A stretch of 64,000 bases of DNA from positions 2,170,001-2,234,000 of the forward strand of contig NC_045138.2 of NCBI RefSeq assembly GCF_008831285.2, read 5' to 3'. The translations under genes were made by a program, and so were the position numbers. The notes beneath the pieces are model-generated. The model did no database searches. It saw nothing but the letters and a program-made list of their open reading frames with translations, and was not told the DNA's origin. The number at the start of each line of letters is the position of its first letter. Position 1 is the first letter of the stretch. This DNA comes from Nymphaea colorata. Taxonomy: Eukaryota. Of this stretch, positions 25,108 through 38,740 are shown one piece after another.

Positions 25108-26688
25108 GTTCATGGTTCTTGCGGGTAAAAGATTTCTCACCCTTGACTTCTGCTTCTAGAAAAGGTACTCTTCTGTCAAAGTCTGTTCAATTTCCTAACG
25201 ATGAATCCACTCGCTTGACCATCCACCAAGCATTCCCCTAATCTTAGTTTGTACCTGTAATAGTTTAGCCACTATTATATCTATAGCGGTTTAAATGTCA
25301 TTTTTTTCACCGCTATAGATCTCCATGTAGTGACTATAATCATCACTACAAGCTGTTGCGACGTGTATAATGGTGTTTTAGGGGCCCTTGGTCACTGGTA
25401 CAGCCGTGTGATGTATTCAACTTCAGATAAGATTGATTTGTATATATACAAATCTATAATTGTTGTAATTGCTGTCTCTCTCCACCTCCCCCTTGTAAAA
25501 TGTCAATTATTGTCAAACTCCGAGGACTTTTGCCATTAGTAGCTCTTGTCAATTCCCAAGAGCCTTGGCTATCATGAACAGCGGTCTTGCCCATGGGGAA
25601 TGACAAGAGATCGATTTGCATGCATATCTTCGTGGACACAAAGATACATTTTAGAAATTATAAAGGTATATGTACATTTTAATCTTTTGATATTTTTATA
25701 ACAGAGGCATTTTAATCATTACAGTTTCCGACGGTCGCACATAACCAGCTTCCCAGTTATAAATTCAATTTTTTTAAGAGAATTGCCTACTGCCATGCCC
25801 TTTGGGAATGGCGGTGGACATTGCCAACGGCCCAAGGCACGCCCTTGGGAGTTGAAATGTCAGTTGCTTTTCTGACCATTAGATATTCTGGCTAATGAAC
25901 ATTATGTATAAGATTTAAAATTTTTAAGGGGAACTAACATAAAAAAAAAAAGAAAAAGAAAAGAAAATTTGTTGAAAAATATCAATAATAAAAATAGAGA
26001 TTTTTTTGGGGTCTGTGTGGGTAACTGTCCACACATAACTCACACATGAGTTTCAAAAACATTCTTGTACTGATTGTCTCCCCCGCTTTTATGTTTTTTT
26101 TAGTTCATACTGTTGGAGCAATTGAAGTTACAGCTGAAGTTGTGAGTCGTCGCCTGCACAGTAAGTTCACTAGCGACTCCAATGTTCAAGTGAAAAAGTA
26201 GCGACTATCCCTGTAGAAAACAACGGAGCAAGAGGAAGAGGAAGAAAGCAAGAAGAGCAAGTCAGATTTAGGGGTTTCCTTCTAAGGGGCTCCTCACGAA
26301 TCCTCTTCTCAAGAGAGAGTTTTTAAAACATTAAGCATTGCTGGGTATAAGTAGCCAGCCCCTTACGTTTTCCCCAAATCCCAACAGCGGTTAGCGTGAG
26401 ATTTTTTAGGAAAGAATTGAGATAAATATGAACTTTATCTCGTTGCAGAATTTTTGAGCTAATTTCGTAACTGTAAGGCAGTTACGAGATATCCGGATAG
26501 GGCTCAATGGCCACTATCCAACATCTCCCACTTCGCCATGAGACCACCAGTTTGCTTCCACTATATGTGGGTTTCCTTCATTTAACTAGTTACATGGTTT
26601 TCCATAATTGGTTTATCCATCGTAACCTAAACTTTATTCAAGGTTTACAGCGAGGTTTTCCATTCAATGGTTTTTCCTTCGCAACCTT

Positions 26689-29600
26689 TCAAATATATCT
26701 TAGCCCCATATGAGCTACATGTTTTGAAAGCATGTCTTCAGATATTTCCTTAGTCAAGGGATCGGCTACCATATCATTGGTAGGCAAATAATCAACCGAG
26801 ATTTCATTTTTCTCAATCATTTCATGAACATAATGGTATTTTACCATTATATGTTTACTCTTTGAGCTAACAGCTCTATTCTTCATTAGAGATATTGCTG
26901 ACTGATTATCACAGTACAGTTGAACTGGTTCATGATCAAAATTTAATACCAAATCTTTCAAGAATCGATTTATCCAGACAGCAAAGGTAGTTGCAACATT
27001 ACATGCTACATACTCTGCTTCTTGAGTGTGCTGAGCAACACATCCCTGTTTCTTACAGGACCAAACTATCGCTCCACTTCCAAAGAGGAAAACGTACCCC
27101 GAAGTGGATTTATTGTCATCTTTGTAGCATGTAAAATCTGCATCGAAATAGCCAACTAAAGTTAGCTCATCTGCTGATAAGACAATTTTAGTCCTTTCGT
27201 TCCTTTAATATACTGAAAAATCCTTTTGACTGCTTGCTAATGAGGCCATCTAGGATTACTTTGATAACGACTTACCAGACCGATGGGAAAGCTTATGTTT
27301 GGTCTAGTACAAAGCATTAAATACATCAGACTGCCAACCGCTTGCGCATACGGAACATTTAATTTTTGTTGTCCTTCACCAGGACAATCACTCTTGCTTA
27401 AGTTTGCTCATTTAGCTATACGAGTTCCAATTGGTTTGCAGTCTAACATATGAAATTTCTTCAACATATAATCAATATATCATTCTTGGCTTAAACTTAG
27501 GATTCTTGAGTTTCTATCTCGAGTGATCTTTATTCCTAATATATAGGATGCTTCACCCAAGTCCTTCATTTCGAAGTTCTTATTCAGTCATGTCTTCGTT
27601 TTGAATATCATGTCGTTATCATTTCCTGTTAGTAATATGTCATCAACATATAATGATAGAATACAGAAAAAACTCCCACTTTTCCAAACATATACACAGT
27701 GGTCTAGTTGGTTCGCAACAAACCAAAGTTTTGTAATTGCTTTGTGAAAAGCAAAATACCACTATCTCGGCGACTATTTCAATCCGTACAACGATTTATT
27801 CAGCTTGTACACTTTGTCTTCCTTTTCCTTGATGACGTACCCCTGTGGTTGAGTCACATATATAGTTTTTTTCAACTCGCCATTTAGGAAAGCAGTCTTC
27901 ACATCCATCTGACAAATATCCAAGTCATAGAATGCTGCAATAGCCAAAATTATTCTAATTGATGCAAACTTTACAACCGGCGAATAGGTTTCTGAGTAGT
28001 CAATTCATTCCTTTTAAGAAAAACCTTTATCCACCAGTCTAGCTTTGAATTTTTTTACTGATCAAATAGCTTTATATTTCTTCCTCAGTACCCATTTGCG
28101 TCCAATGAGTTTTCTATCATTAGGAAGATCTATTAATTCTCAAACTTCATTCTTTTCTATGGATTCAATTTCTTCATCCATAGCATTCATCCAATCTGAC
28201 GATTCATGTGAGCTTATGGCTTCGTCATATGTCAGATTGTTAGACATTTCATCAATATCTGCTTAATAGCACAGCTCCTCTGCCAGATACACATAATAAT
28301 CATCCAAATATGAAGGAGGGACTCTAGGTCTTTTATGACCTGATAACGTCTGAGATGACGAGGTATTCAAATCAGTTAGTTCATTACCTAACTGATCTTC
28401 AGTCGGTTCATTACCTGACTGTTCCTCAGATGATTCCAGTTCAGTTGGTTCATTGCCTACCTGGTTTCTAGTTGGTTCATTACCAGACTGTTCCTCTGAA
28501 TAAATCAGATCATCTAGTATATCATTTCGATATTCAACTGGATCAATATCTTTATTATTGAGTTCTTCTAAGAACTCTACATCTCTGCTTTCTATAAGTC
28601 TCATAGTTGAATGATATAATTTGTAGCCCTTGGATCCTTTTGGATATCCAATAAATACACATCTTACTGATCTGTTATCTAGTTTATCCATTTTTGGATC
28701 TAGAATTTCACGTGTGTTACAGATCCCCATCTCCTCAGATGTCTCAGATCTGGTTTTACACCAGTCCATCTCTCATAAGGAGTGGTTGGGACTGCTTTGC
28801 AGGGTACTTGATTTATTGTATACATAGCTGTCAACACATCTTCACCCAAAAAAACTTTTTCTAATTGTGCACCTGCCAACATGGATCTCACTATGTTCAA
28901 GAGGGTTCTGTTACACCTCTCAACCACACCATTTTGTTGTGGTGTCCTAGGCATTGTCTTTTGCCTATTAATTCCAAGGTCATTACAGTATTTGAGGAAT
29001 TCATTAGAAGTGTATTCTCCTCCACGATCAGACCTTACAACTTTGATATACCTCCCAAATTGTCTCTCGACTTCATATTTGTATTCCTTGAATTTCTCAA
29101 GTGCTTTTGACTTGTGTCTAATCAAGTATATATAACCAAATCTTGAGAAGTCGTCAAAAAATGTTATGAAGTATAACTTGCCACTATGAGTTTGGACTCT
29201 AAAAGATCCACAGATATCAGTATGAATTATCTCCAATAGTTCAGTGGCCCGAATTACTTAAGACGGAAATGGTCTCCTTGTCATCTTTCCATATACACAT
29301 GACTTGCATTTCGCGAAATCATTTATATTTATGTCAGGTATTAAACCTTGTTGTGCTAGAGTCTTCATCTTTTTTATGCATATATGGTTTAATCTTTCAT
29401 GCCATAAGTTTACATTCACACTCATTGTACAATCTAAATAAGCAGAACTGGAAGCGTCATTCATATCATTAAGCTTGAACATACTATGTTCTTTTACAAA
29501 TTTTTCATGGAACGTGAACCTTCCATGTTTTCCCACTGCTACTTTTCCTGGAATAATGCAAACTTCAAAACCTTTCCCAGTCATTGCGGGAACAGACATA

Positions 29601-30756
29601 AGATTCTTTCTCATCGAAGGGACATACAAAACCTCATTGAGTACGACACTAGTATCTCCAACATTTAGTCGATATGCCCCAACTCCCATGACGTTACAAT
29701 ATGAGTTGTTTTCCATATAGACCTTGTTTGTTCTAGGACTCAATTTTTCTATGTGAATCACACCTTCCGTTGTGTTTGCAATATGACGAGTAGCTCCTAA
29801 ATCAACCCACCAACCAGTCAAATCCCCATCTGCAAACAAACATTTTGACACAACACAGATGACTTCTCTGTCAGAGTCTCCTTGCGGCTTCCTCCTGTTG
29901 TTGTGGTCCTGACCATTGTTATCTTTCTTATTCGGGAATTTCGTCCTGTAGCTCTTCCTGATATGTCCAGGCTTTCCGCATCTGTAGCATTTCACTACAA
30001 TTCCTTGAGATTTCTTAGTACCTACAAAATTGCCCTTAAACTTGCCATCGTTTCGATTTTTAAATTGTTTGGATCTTACGGACACATGATACTAGCAGGT
30101 TTACCCTGGACTGTCATCAGTTCTGCATTCTTTCTCTTGGCCAGACGTTGTTGTTGTAAAGCTAACTGTATAGAAAGCTTTTCTAAAGTAAGATTATCAA
30201 ATTGAAGACTCAAGACAGTAACTGCCATATCCCAAGAAGGAGGTAGGCTGTTCAGGATTGTGCTAATCTGCATATTGTCAGATATAACATTCCTTACTAC
30301 GGCTAAATCTTTAGCCATGACCAACAACTTATTAACATGGTCCATTACATTGTCTGACTCTTTCATCCTATAGAAATTATACTGTTCTAACAGTAATTGT
30401 ACGTGCAACACAGTAGTGGTGTTCTATTTGGAAGATATAGTATCAAACATTTCCTTAGCCGTTGGACAATCCTCAAATACCCTAATTTGATCATCTTCCA
30501 TGAAAGTTAACATGATGGTTTTAGCCATTTGGTCATCAGAGGTAAATGACTCATGTGCCTTTCTTTCCTCATCTGTAGGTTTATCTCCTAAAGAGGGAGA
30601 AGGCTGGTTGATCACATAAATGAGTCTTTCCAAAGTCAAGCCCAACATTATCCTACGTTTCCATGCATGAAAATTTGTCCCATTTAATTTATCAGTCTTA
30701 GCTAATTTAGAGGCTCCCACTCTTGATGTCATTTCTAAGTTAATTTCCCATGGCAA
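26689..30756 (-). pseudogene. Copia gag-pol (gag, zinc knuckle, protease, integrase, RT, RNase H), fragmented
   Basis: KLNGTNFHAWK, CYRCGKPGH, WWVDLGATRH, IHTDICG...RSDRGGEY...PQQNGVVER, QMDVKTAFLNG, YVDDIL and LYCDNQSAI...SKHI...MVADPLTK in Copia order, with multiple stops and frameshifts. Confidence 0.95.
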
Positions 30757-31904
30757 GTAAAGGACAATAATGACAAAAGGGAAAAAATCACAATAAATAT
30801 CACATCAATTGATCTTAAAGAAAGTATTTTATAGCATGTACATCAATCTCAAACAACATTTTAAAATAATATTTAGAACAATAGGACTTTGGATTAAATA
30901 CATAACTCTTTTCAGAGTTATTTTCAAAACCCTTCTTTTACAATTTCTAACAAGCTTGAGGGTGTCTCTATGAAATTCTCATAAAATCGTGGTTTCCTAC
31001 TGAAATTGCAAAATAATTTTTCAGAACCCTCTTTTAGTAATTTCTAATAATTTTAGGGTACCCAAAAGCAATTTCTTATAAACTTCCCGGTTTCTGTTGA
31101 AATTAACTTTCCCGAGCCTCTTTTTGAAAAACTTTTTAGCAAAAATGTTGTGGCTTTAATTTTTGAGAAATGTAACACCCTTTTTGGAAAAAGTGCATAA
31201 ATAATGGACTGTATTTGTAATTTTTGAATTTTGACTATAAAAACCCCCTTTTCACCCGTTTTCTCTCATTTTCTCTTTCGTCGTCTTTCTCCTCACCGAG
31301 AGACCGACTTCCCTCTCAAGAAACCCTAGCCAAGGGTTCCGCCTCCCTCCTCACTACTGCTTCTGTAACCACCGCCACCGAGAGAAGGCCATCCACCTTC
31401 ATTTCTACCGCACAGACGACTGCAGGAGTCGAGTTCGTTTTGCAGAGGGCGTCTAAGGCCGCTTTTGCTGAAACTGGCTCGATTCCACTTCTGTCGTTTG
31501 ACGTTTTCGGCCACGGCCTCCTTTGCGCTTGTGTTGTCTTCGCTGTGAGGAAGACAAGCTCCCCACAACCAGCAGTAGATAAACTGCATGATGGTCTAGT
31601 GGTCTCAGAGGACGGACAGGAAGAAGTTTGCAAGGCATCAAACGCCGTCTTCCTCCTCTACCCATGTTGCCTTCCTTTTACTAGAATGAGGAAAAAGCTC
31701 CGCATCTGGCACGAAGAGGTGATTGGAACTCCGGCCCGAAGGGCAACTGATTTCTGATCGTTATAGAAAACAGGAAGCAGAGGATTCCGTGGTTTTAAAA
31801 CAAAGATGAGATCTCTTTAAAATAGGCAAAACAGAGAGAGAGCACAGGCACCAAAGAGGAAGGAGACACATTTGAACACAGTGGAGTTTTCGTCTGTAAC
31901 AGAG

Positions 31905-34900
31905 GATTCACAAACAGAAATCCAGATTAAGGTTCTATGATTCATTCCATCCTTCTCCTTTATTTATTTTGGGTCTTTGAATGTCGAGCAGAGCAGGCTC
32001 TGCCTCCTGTGCTACTGTTTGTCAGAGACGCAGGTCAAAACAAAATTTACTCTAGCAGTGGAGTTCTTTATGGACAGATCGTCTACGTGGGTCCAAAAAA
32101 AAAAATTTACAGAGCCGTTGGGCTCAATCCTGGTCTCAGTCTCTCGCAGACACAGAGAATAAAAGCATAATATATAGAATAGAGGATTTCATACCCAATC
32201 AATACTATCATGTTTCATGCTTGAACTCAGTGTAGTCTAGTATGCTTTATTTTTAGTAAATAGATCACAGCATGATACATGCATGATGCACAGACGAGAC
32301 ACATGCTTCACAGTAGTATAATCTGCACAGGCACAGGCACCACAGTAGTCAAAATCACTTACTAGTGTTCGATAGAGATGGCTCTGATACCACTGTTGGA
32401 TCAATTGAAGTTACAGCGGAAGTTGCGAGTCGTCGCCTGCGCAGTAAGTTCACCAGCTGCTGATTCACAAACAGAAATCCAGATTAAGGTTCTATGTTTC
32501 ATTCCATCCTTCTCCTTTATTTATTTTGGGTCTTTGAATGTCGAGCAGAGCAGGCTCTGCCTCCTGTGCTACCGTTTGTCAGAGACGCAGGTCAAAACAA
32601 AATTTACTCTAGCAGTGGAGTTCTTTATGGACAGATCGTCTACGTGGGTCCAAAAAAAAAAATTTACAGAGCCGTTGGGCTCAATCCTGGTCTCAGTCTC
32701 TCGCAGACACAGAGAATAAAAGCATAATATATAGAATAGAGGATTTCATACCCAATCAATACTATCATGTTTCATGCTTGAACTCAGTGTAGTCTAGTAT
32801 GCTTTATTTTTAGTAAATAGATCACAGCATGATACATGCATGATGCACAGACGAGACACATGCTTCACAGTAGTATAATCTGCACAGGCACAGGCACCAC
32901 AGTAGTCAAAATCACTTACTAGTGTTCGATAGAGATGGCTCTGATACCACTGTTGGATCAATTGAAGTTACAGCGGAAGTTGCGAGTCGTCGCCTGCGCA
33001 GTAAGTTCACCAGCTGCTGATTCACAAACAGAAATCCAGATTAAGGTTCTATGTTTCATTCCATCCTTCTCCTTTATTTATTTTGGGTCTTTGAATGTCG
33101 AGCAGAGCAGGCTCTGCCTCCTGTGCTACCGTTTGTCAGAGACGCAGGTCAAAACAAAATTTACTCTAGCAGTGGAGTTCTTTATGGACAGATCGTCTAC
33201 GTGGGTCCAAAAAAAAAAATTTACAGAGCCGTTGGGCTCAATCCTGGTCTCAGTCTCTCGCAGACACAGAGAATAAAAGCATAATATATAGAATAGAGGA
33301 TTTCATACCCAATCAATACTATCATGTTTCATGCTTGAACTCAGTGTAGTCTAGTATGCTTTATTTTTAGTAAATAGATCACAGCATGATACATGCATGA
33401 TGCACAGACGAGACACATGCTTCACAGTAGTATAATCTGCACAGGCACAGGCACCACAGTAGTCAAAATCACTTACTAGTGTTCGATAGAGATGGCTCTG
33501 ATACCACTATTGGATCAATTGAAGTTACAGCGGAAGTTGCGAGTCGTCGCCTGCGCAGTAAGTTCACCAGCTGTTGATTCACAAACAGAAATCCAGATTA
33601 AGGTTCTATGTTTCATTCCATCCTTCTCCTTTATTTATTTTGGGTCTTTGAATGTCGAGCAGAGCAGGCTCTGCCTCCTGTGCTACCGTTTGTCAGAGAC
33701 GCAGGTCAAAACAAAATTTACTCTAGCAGTGGAGTTCTTTATGGACAGATCGTCTACGTGGGTCCAAAAAAAAAAATTTACAGAGCCGTTGGGCTCAATC
33801 CTGGTCTCAGTCTCTCGCAGACACAGAGAATAAAAGCATAATATATAGAATAGAGGATTTCATACCCAATCAATACTATCATGTTTCATGCTTGAACTCA
33901 GTGTAGTCTAGTATGCTTTATTTTTAGTAAATAGATCACAGCATGATACATGCATGATGCACAGACGAGACACATGCTTCACAGTAGTATAATCTGCACA
34001 GGCACAGGCACCACAGTAGTCAAAATCACTTACTAGTGTTCGATAGAGATGGCTCTGATACCACTGTTGGATCAATTGAAGTTACAGCGGAAGTTGCGAG
34101 TCGTCGCCTGCGCAGTAAGTTCACCAGCTGCTGATTCACAAACAGAAATCCAGATTAAGGTTCTATGTTTCATTCCATCCTTCTCCTTTATTTATTTTGG
34201 GTCTTTGAATGTCGAGCAGAGCAGGCTCTGCCTCCTGTGCTACCGTTTGTCAGAGACGCAGGTCAAAACAAAATTTACTCTAGCAGTGGAGTTCTTTATG
34301 GACAGATCGTCTACGTGGGTCCAAAAAAAAAAATTTACAGAGCCGTTGGGCTCAATCCTGGTCTCAGTCTCTCGCAGACACAGAGAATAAAAGCATAATA
34401 TATAGAATAGAGGATTTCATACCCAATCAATACTATCATGTTTCATGCTTGAACTCAGTGTAGTCTAGTATGCTTTATTTTTAGTAAATAGATCACAGCA
34501 TGATACATGCATGATGCACAGACGAGACACATGCTTCACAGTAGTATAATCTGCACAGGCACAGGCACCACAGTAGTCAAAATCACTTACTAGTGTTCGA
34601 TAGAGATGGCTCTGATACCACTATTGGATCAATTGAAGTTACAGCGGAAGTTGCGAGTCGTCGCCTGCGCAGTAAGTTCACCAGCTGTTGATTCACAAAC
34701 AGAAATCCAGATTAAGGTTCTATGTTTCATTCCATCCTTCTCCTTTATTTATTTTGGGTCTTTGAATGTCGAGCAGAGCAGGCTCTGCCTCCTGTGCTAC
34801 CGTTTGTCAGAGACGCAGGTCAAAACAAAATTTACTCTAGCAGTGGAGTTCTTTATGGACAGATCGTCTACGTGGGTCCAAAAAAAAAAATTTACAGAGC

Positions 34901-35246
34901 CGTTGGGCTCAATCCTGGTCTCAGTCTCTCGCAGACACAGATAATAAAAGCATAATATATAGAATAGAGGATTTCATACCCAATCAATACTATCATGTTT
35001 CATGCTTGAACTCAGTGTAGTCTAGTATGCTTTATTTTTAGTAAATAGATCACAGCATGATACATGCATGATGCACAGACGAGACACATGCTTCACAGTA
35101 GTATAATCTGCATAGGCACAGGCACCACAGTAGTCAAAATCACTTACTAGTGTTCGATAGAGATGGCTCTGATACCACTGTTGGACCAATTGAAGTTACA
35201 GCGGAAGTTGCGAGTCATCGCCTGCGCAGTAAGTTCACCAGCTGCT
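31905..35246. repeat. Six tandem 557-bp copies of Copia leader + PBS + terminal ~67 bp of the 5' LTR
   Basis: Exact 557-bp period (GCTCTGATACCA at 32381, 32938, 33495, 34052, 34609, 35166). Copies are nearly identical. Confidence 0.97.
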
Positions 35247-36349
35247 CCAGTGTTCAAGTGAAGAAGTAGCGACTATCCCTGTAGAAAACAACTGAGCAAG
35301 AGGAAGAGGAAAAAAGCAAGAAGAGCAAGTCAGATTTAGGGGTTTCCTTCTAAGGGGCTCCTCACGAATCCTCTTCTCAAGAGAGAGTTTTTAAAGCATT
35401 AAGCATTGCTGGGTATAAGTAGCCAGCCCCTTAGGTTTTCCCCAAATCCCGGCAGCGGTTAGCGTGAGAGATTTTTTAGGAAAAGGTTGAGATAAATATG
35501 AACTTTATCTTGTTGCAAAATTTTTGAGCTAATCTCGCAGTTACGAGATATCCGGATAGGGCTCAATGGCCACTATCCAACACATACCCCTCCATAGGAC
35601 AAAGTGATTCTTCCAAAACAAGAAGCTTGTTGGGTGCCCGAATCATGGTTCGTGCCATAGTTCTCATTTCTAAAGTTTGCACACTGTTCCAAGGAGATCA
35701 AGTCTCAGGTCACCGTTGTCTTGTGCATGAAAGTGAATTATATTTTCTCGATCGGATGATATAACACCACTAAAGTTGTGGTTTTTTTTACTCGACTCGA
35801 ATTGAAGCAGCCAAGGGACGGAACCCCAGTAGAACACTATCGAAGGATTTTTTACTTGATTCAACCACATGAAGCTTTGGCTCGCATGAGTACTGATGTT
35901 CCTTGAACTCTAGGAGGGGGCATGTTGGGTGTTTGGTTAACTCGAAGACCATCGTGTTCTTAGAGCACATGTACCTTTGACATGTGCATTAAGTTCATGT
36001 TCTTAATTCGGAAATTAATATGGAGTGTTTATGTCCAGAATTTGATTGTTATATTTAAAAGCAATATCTGTATGTACATCATGTTATTTAAAACAAAAAC
36101 AACGTACTTTTTTATCACATGAACATGCGTTCCATGAACAATGTGTTTTTCTTATCAATTGTGGTCGAAGTCACATGGCACTTCAATAAAGTCTAAAAGT
36201 AGGTTCTTGATACACTTGAGTACTTTTTACGAGGATGTTCATCCAATTTGCTTAATTTTTTTAGCTAATTTTTCATTCTGTTTTTTAGAGTTATTGTTCA
36301 ACAACTTGTAACATTTTTTATTTTTATCACTTGTTTATCTAAATATTGC

Positions 36350-36354
<5 letters not shown>

Positions 36355-36418
<64 letters not shown>
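36355..36418. repeat. (TA)n(GA)n microsatellite
   Basis: Directly visible. Other simple repeats lie at ~5178-5207, 9395-9420 and 25071-25106. Confidence 0.95.
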
Positions 36419-37282
36419 CACCTGTATACCCACATTTTCTAAAGTTATCATATGTGTATTTGTATCTGTATCTACATACCAGTGCCCAAAGTATACCCGT
36501 ACCATATATGAGTTTGAACCTAGCTTAATTAGGGTATTCAAGTTTGGGTTGTTTAATATGAACGGTAGTGGAGCTTAGATTGTTCATGCAAATAAACAAC
36601 TGAAATGTAATGAGCTAACGTTTTCGAGCTCGGTCTCGATCTCTTTGATTTGCCATGAAGACTTGATGAAAATTGGGGAAAAAAAGGTCCACCATGAAGT
36701 TGAAGGTGGACTCGAATTTGTAACCATTTTATTGAAAAAGGAGGAATATTAACCTCTGCAAAATTGTTTTAAATAACTTGTTTTAGGTGTTTATATAAGA
36801 GAATTGTACTCTGAAACTGAGTATTTCATGCATATCCTCCAATAGAAACTCAGTACTGTGCATGGAGCAGAGTTCGCGGAAAGCAAATTCTTGATCTTAG
36901 TGTCTCTCTCTCTCTCTCCCCCCACAGCAGAAGTGATGCAGGTGGTCCGGACGGAGGAGAAGATGAAGATGTCTGAGAAATGTTGGTCAGTTTAAGATGC
37001 AATTTAGCTTTCTATCACTGCGTTTTACGTTACTGAGAGAGCACGTGATCGTTAAGCCTCTGATCATCCTGAGTGCGTTTCCATGAACAATGAACATCAA
37101 TCGATAAAATAGAGGCACTCTTATTGCAAAATCTGGACTGCATCTAAGAACTGATGATCAAGAACTAAGACTTTGATCATATATGTGCCCTGAATTTCAA
37201 AATGCAATGATGATCTGATCATAATTAGGATGAACTATGAGAATGGTCAAGAGATATTGATCACAGGTAGGGAATATGATCA

Positions 37283-38089
37283 TCAGCAATAGCGGTGACA
37301 CTGGCCGCCGGGGTGGCCCAAGTTCTTGCACTCGCCGTCCCTGCAGCCCTTTCCGACGCAGAAGGAGTTGCACCGGCTTTCGTCCACTCCATTCCCCTTG
37401 TGGCAGCCATTGTAAGGGTTGGTGCAGCACGCTGAATCCGGTTGTATTTCTGCTCCCTTGCAGCCTAAGCAAAAGCCATATCACAATGATTCCTTAATTT
37501 TATGGATAATTTGATCATAAAATAAATAAATATGTACATATATATGCACGTATATATGTAGGAAAAAATGCACTATATATGTACATATATATAGGTTGGT
37601 GTACATATACATATACATGCACGTATATATGCACGTATATGTGTAGGAAAAAGTGCACTATATATGTAGGAAAAAAAATATGTACATTAATTCATTTGTT
37701 ATTGAGTATTTTCCAGAAAAACAGAGAAAAGTTGGCACTGGTCTAAGGCGAACTTTACTTATTTGATATTTTTTTCTGAAAAGAGCCTCCCTTGTTAAAT
37801 GTAACTATAAAAGGTAGTCCATTTTCTGAAATTAAACAAAATGCAGTCCAAAAATGGATATTAAGTTTTTGTTGGTTAATTATGTAAGCAGACCTTCGAC
37901 CACATCTCGGTTTAAAAAAGAAAAAGGATTAATTAAGGTGAAAATAAGCATCTAAAATTACCAAAATTAACCAAGAAATGTTGGTAATTAATTATGCTGC
38001 TTATAACTTGAGAATAATTGATACAGGAACTTGCCTGAAATCAGAAGGAAGTACGCGAAAAGGGCAATAACAGTAACTTTCTTTGCCAT
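37283..38089 (-). CDS. Secreted defensin-like (DEFL) cysteine-rich peptide, 78 aa, two exons: 38089-38035 and 37464-37283
   Basis: Spliced ORF MAKKVTVIALFAYFLLISGCKGAEIQPDSACCTNPYNGCHKGNGVDESRCNSFCVGKGCRDGECKNLGHPGGQCHRYC*. Signal-peptide exon 1, phase-1 intron with AG|GCAAGT donor and TTTGCTTAG| acceptor. The Cys pattern CC..C..CxxFC..C..GxC..CH(R)YC resembles the Arabidopsis DEFL20-28-like class. Exon 2 is GC-rich. Confidence 0.9.
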
Positions 38090-38740
38090 TGTCTTCTTCT
38101 TCCTTCTTCTCTCAGCAGATTTTCCAATCGACTGTGGTGTTTTTGACACCCTTGTGCTGCTATTTATCTTATTATGGGTAAAAATTACTTTTAATTAACT
38201 TCCAAGTATATACTATTCTTTTTTGGGAAATAAATGATATTTTCTTAGGTCCAGACTACCATATATGATTTCCAGCTGTCTCTATTTTTCTTAATTTTCA
38301 TTTTAAAATAGAGGCCTTAAGATGGATATCATCTTGTTGTTCTCAATAGGTCGGAGCAGAAATCCATGATCCAATCCATATCTGTTCAGTTGGATCTGAA
38401 TTTGGTGTGTTTGCGTGCTCACAGTGGGGGCATGTTCTACATACTATTTGGATCCTATATTTGGTGGTATCCGATTTTCTGATCGAACTTTTTCAGGTAA
38501 TTGTGGCTGAACTGGATCGGGTCATAAGTCGGGTCCCACTGGCATGTCTTCAAAAGTCGTGTCCATCTCTTCCTAAGGATATGCACGAGTACCAAAATTA
38601 TAAATTTATCATGGTTAATTTCCTATTATGTTATAAGGATAGGTTCTTTGAATCAGAATCAACAAAAATACCAAATCATTTATGTTTTTAATCAGTTATC
38701 AACTAAACTTTGCCAATTCAGCTGACAGGTTCAAATAAAC
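38090..38740 (-). promoter_or_regulatory. DEFL 5'UTR and promoter; TATA-like GATAAATA at 38168-38161
   Basis: The TATA-like box lies ~75 nt upstream of the ATG, followed by a purine-rich UTR. The region is conserved in several paralogous copies in this window. Confidence 0.7.

Larger units (their letters stand above)
26111..35582 (-). mobile_element. Full-length Ty1/Copia LTR retrotransposon (disrupted)
   Basis: LTRs at 26111-26523 and 35179-35582 (TG..CA). TSD CATAC at 26106-26110 and 35583-35587. tRNA-iMet PBS TGGTATCAGAGC at 35177-35166. Polypurine tract GGCGAAGTGGGAGA next to 26524. Confidence 0.97.

Noticed and set aside
31224..31757. Overlapping 70-177-aa ORFs in the Copia leader
   Set aside because: GC-rich untranslated leader with no recognisable domain.
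32378..34955. Repeated 113-aa and 77-aa ORFs, and a CRISPR-like periodicity
   Set aside because: These are antisense by-products of the 557-bp Copia leader array. There are no unique spacers and no cas genes.
37197..37497. ORF-track ORFs of 95 aa (-) and 73 aa (+)
   Set aside because: They are alternative frames over DEFL exon 2.
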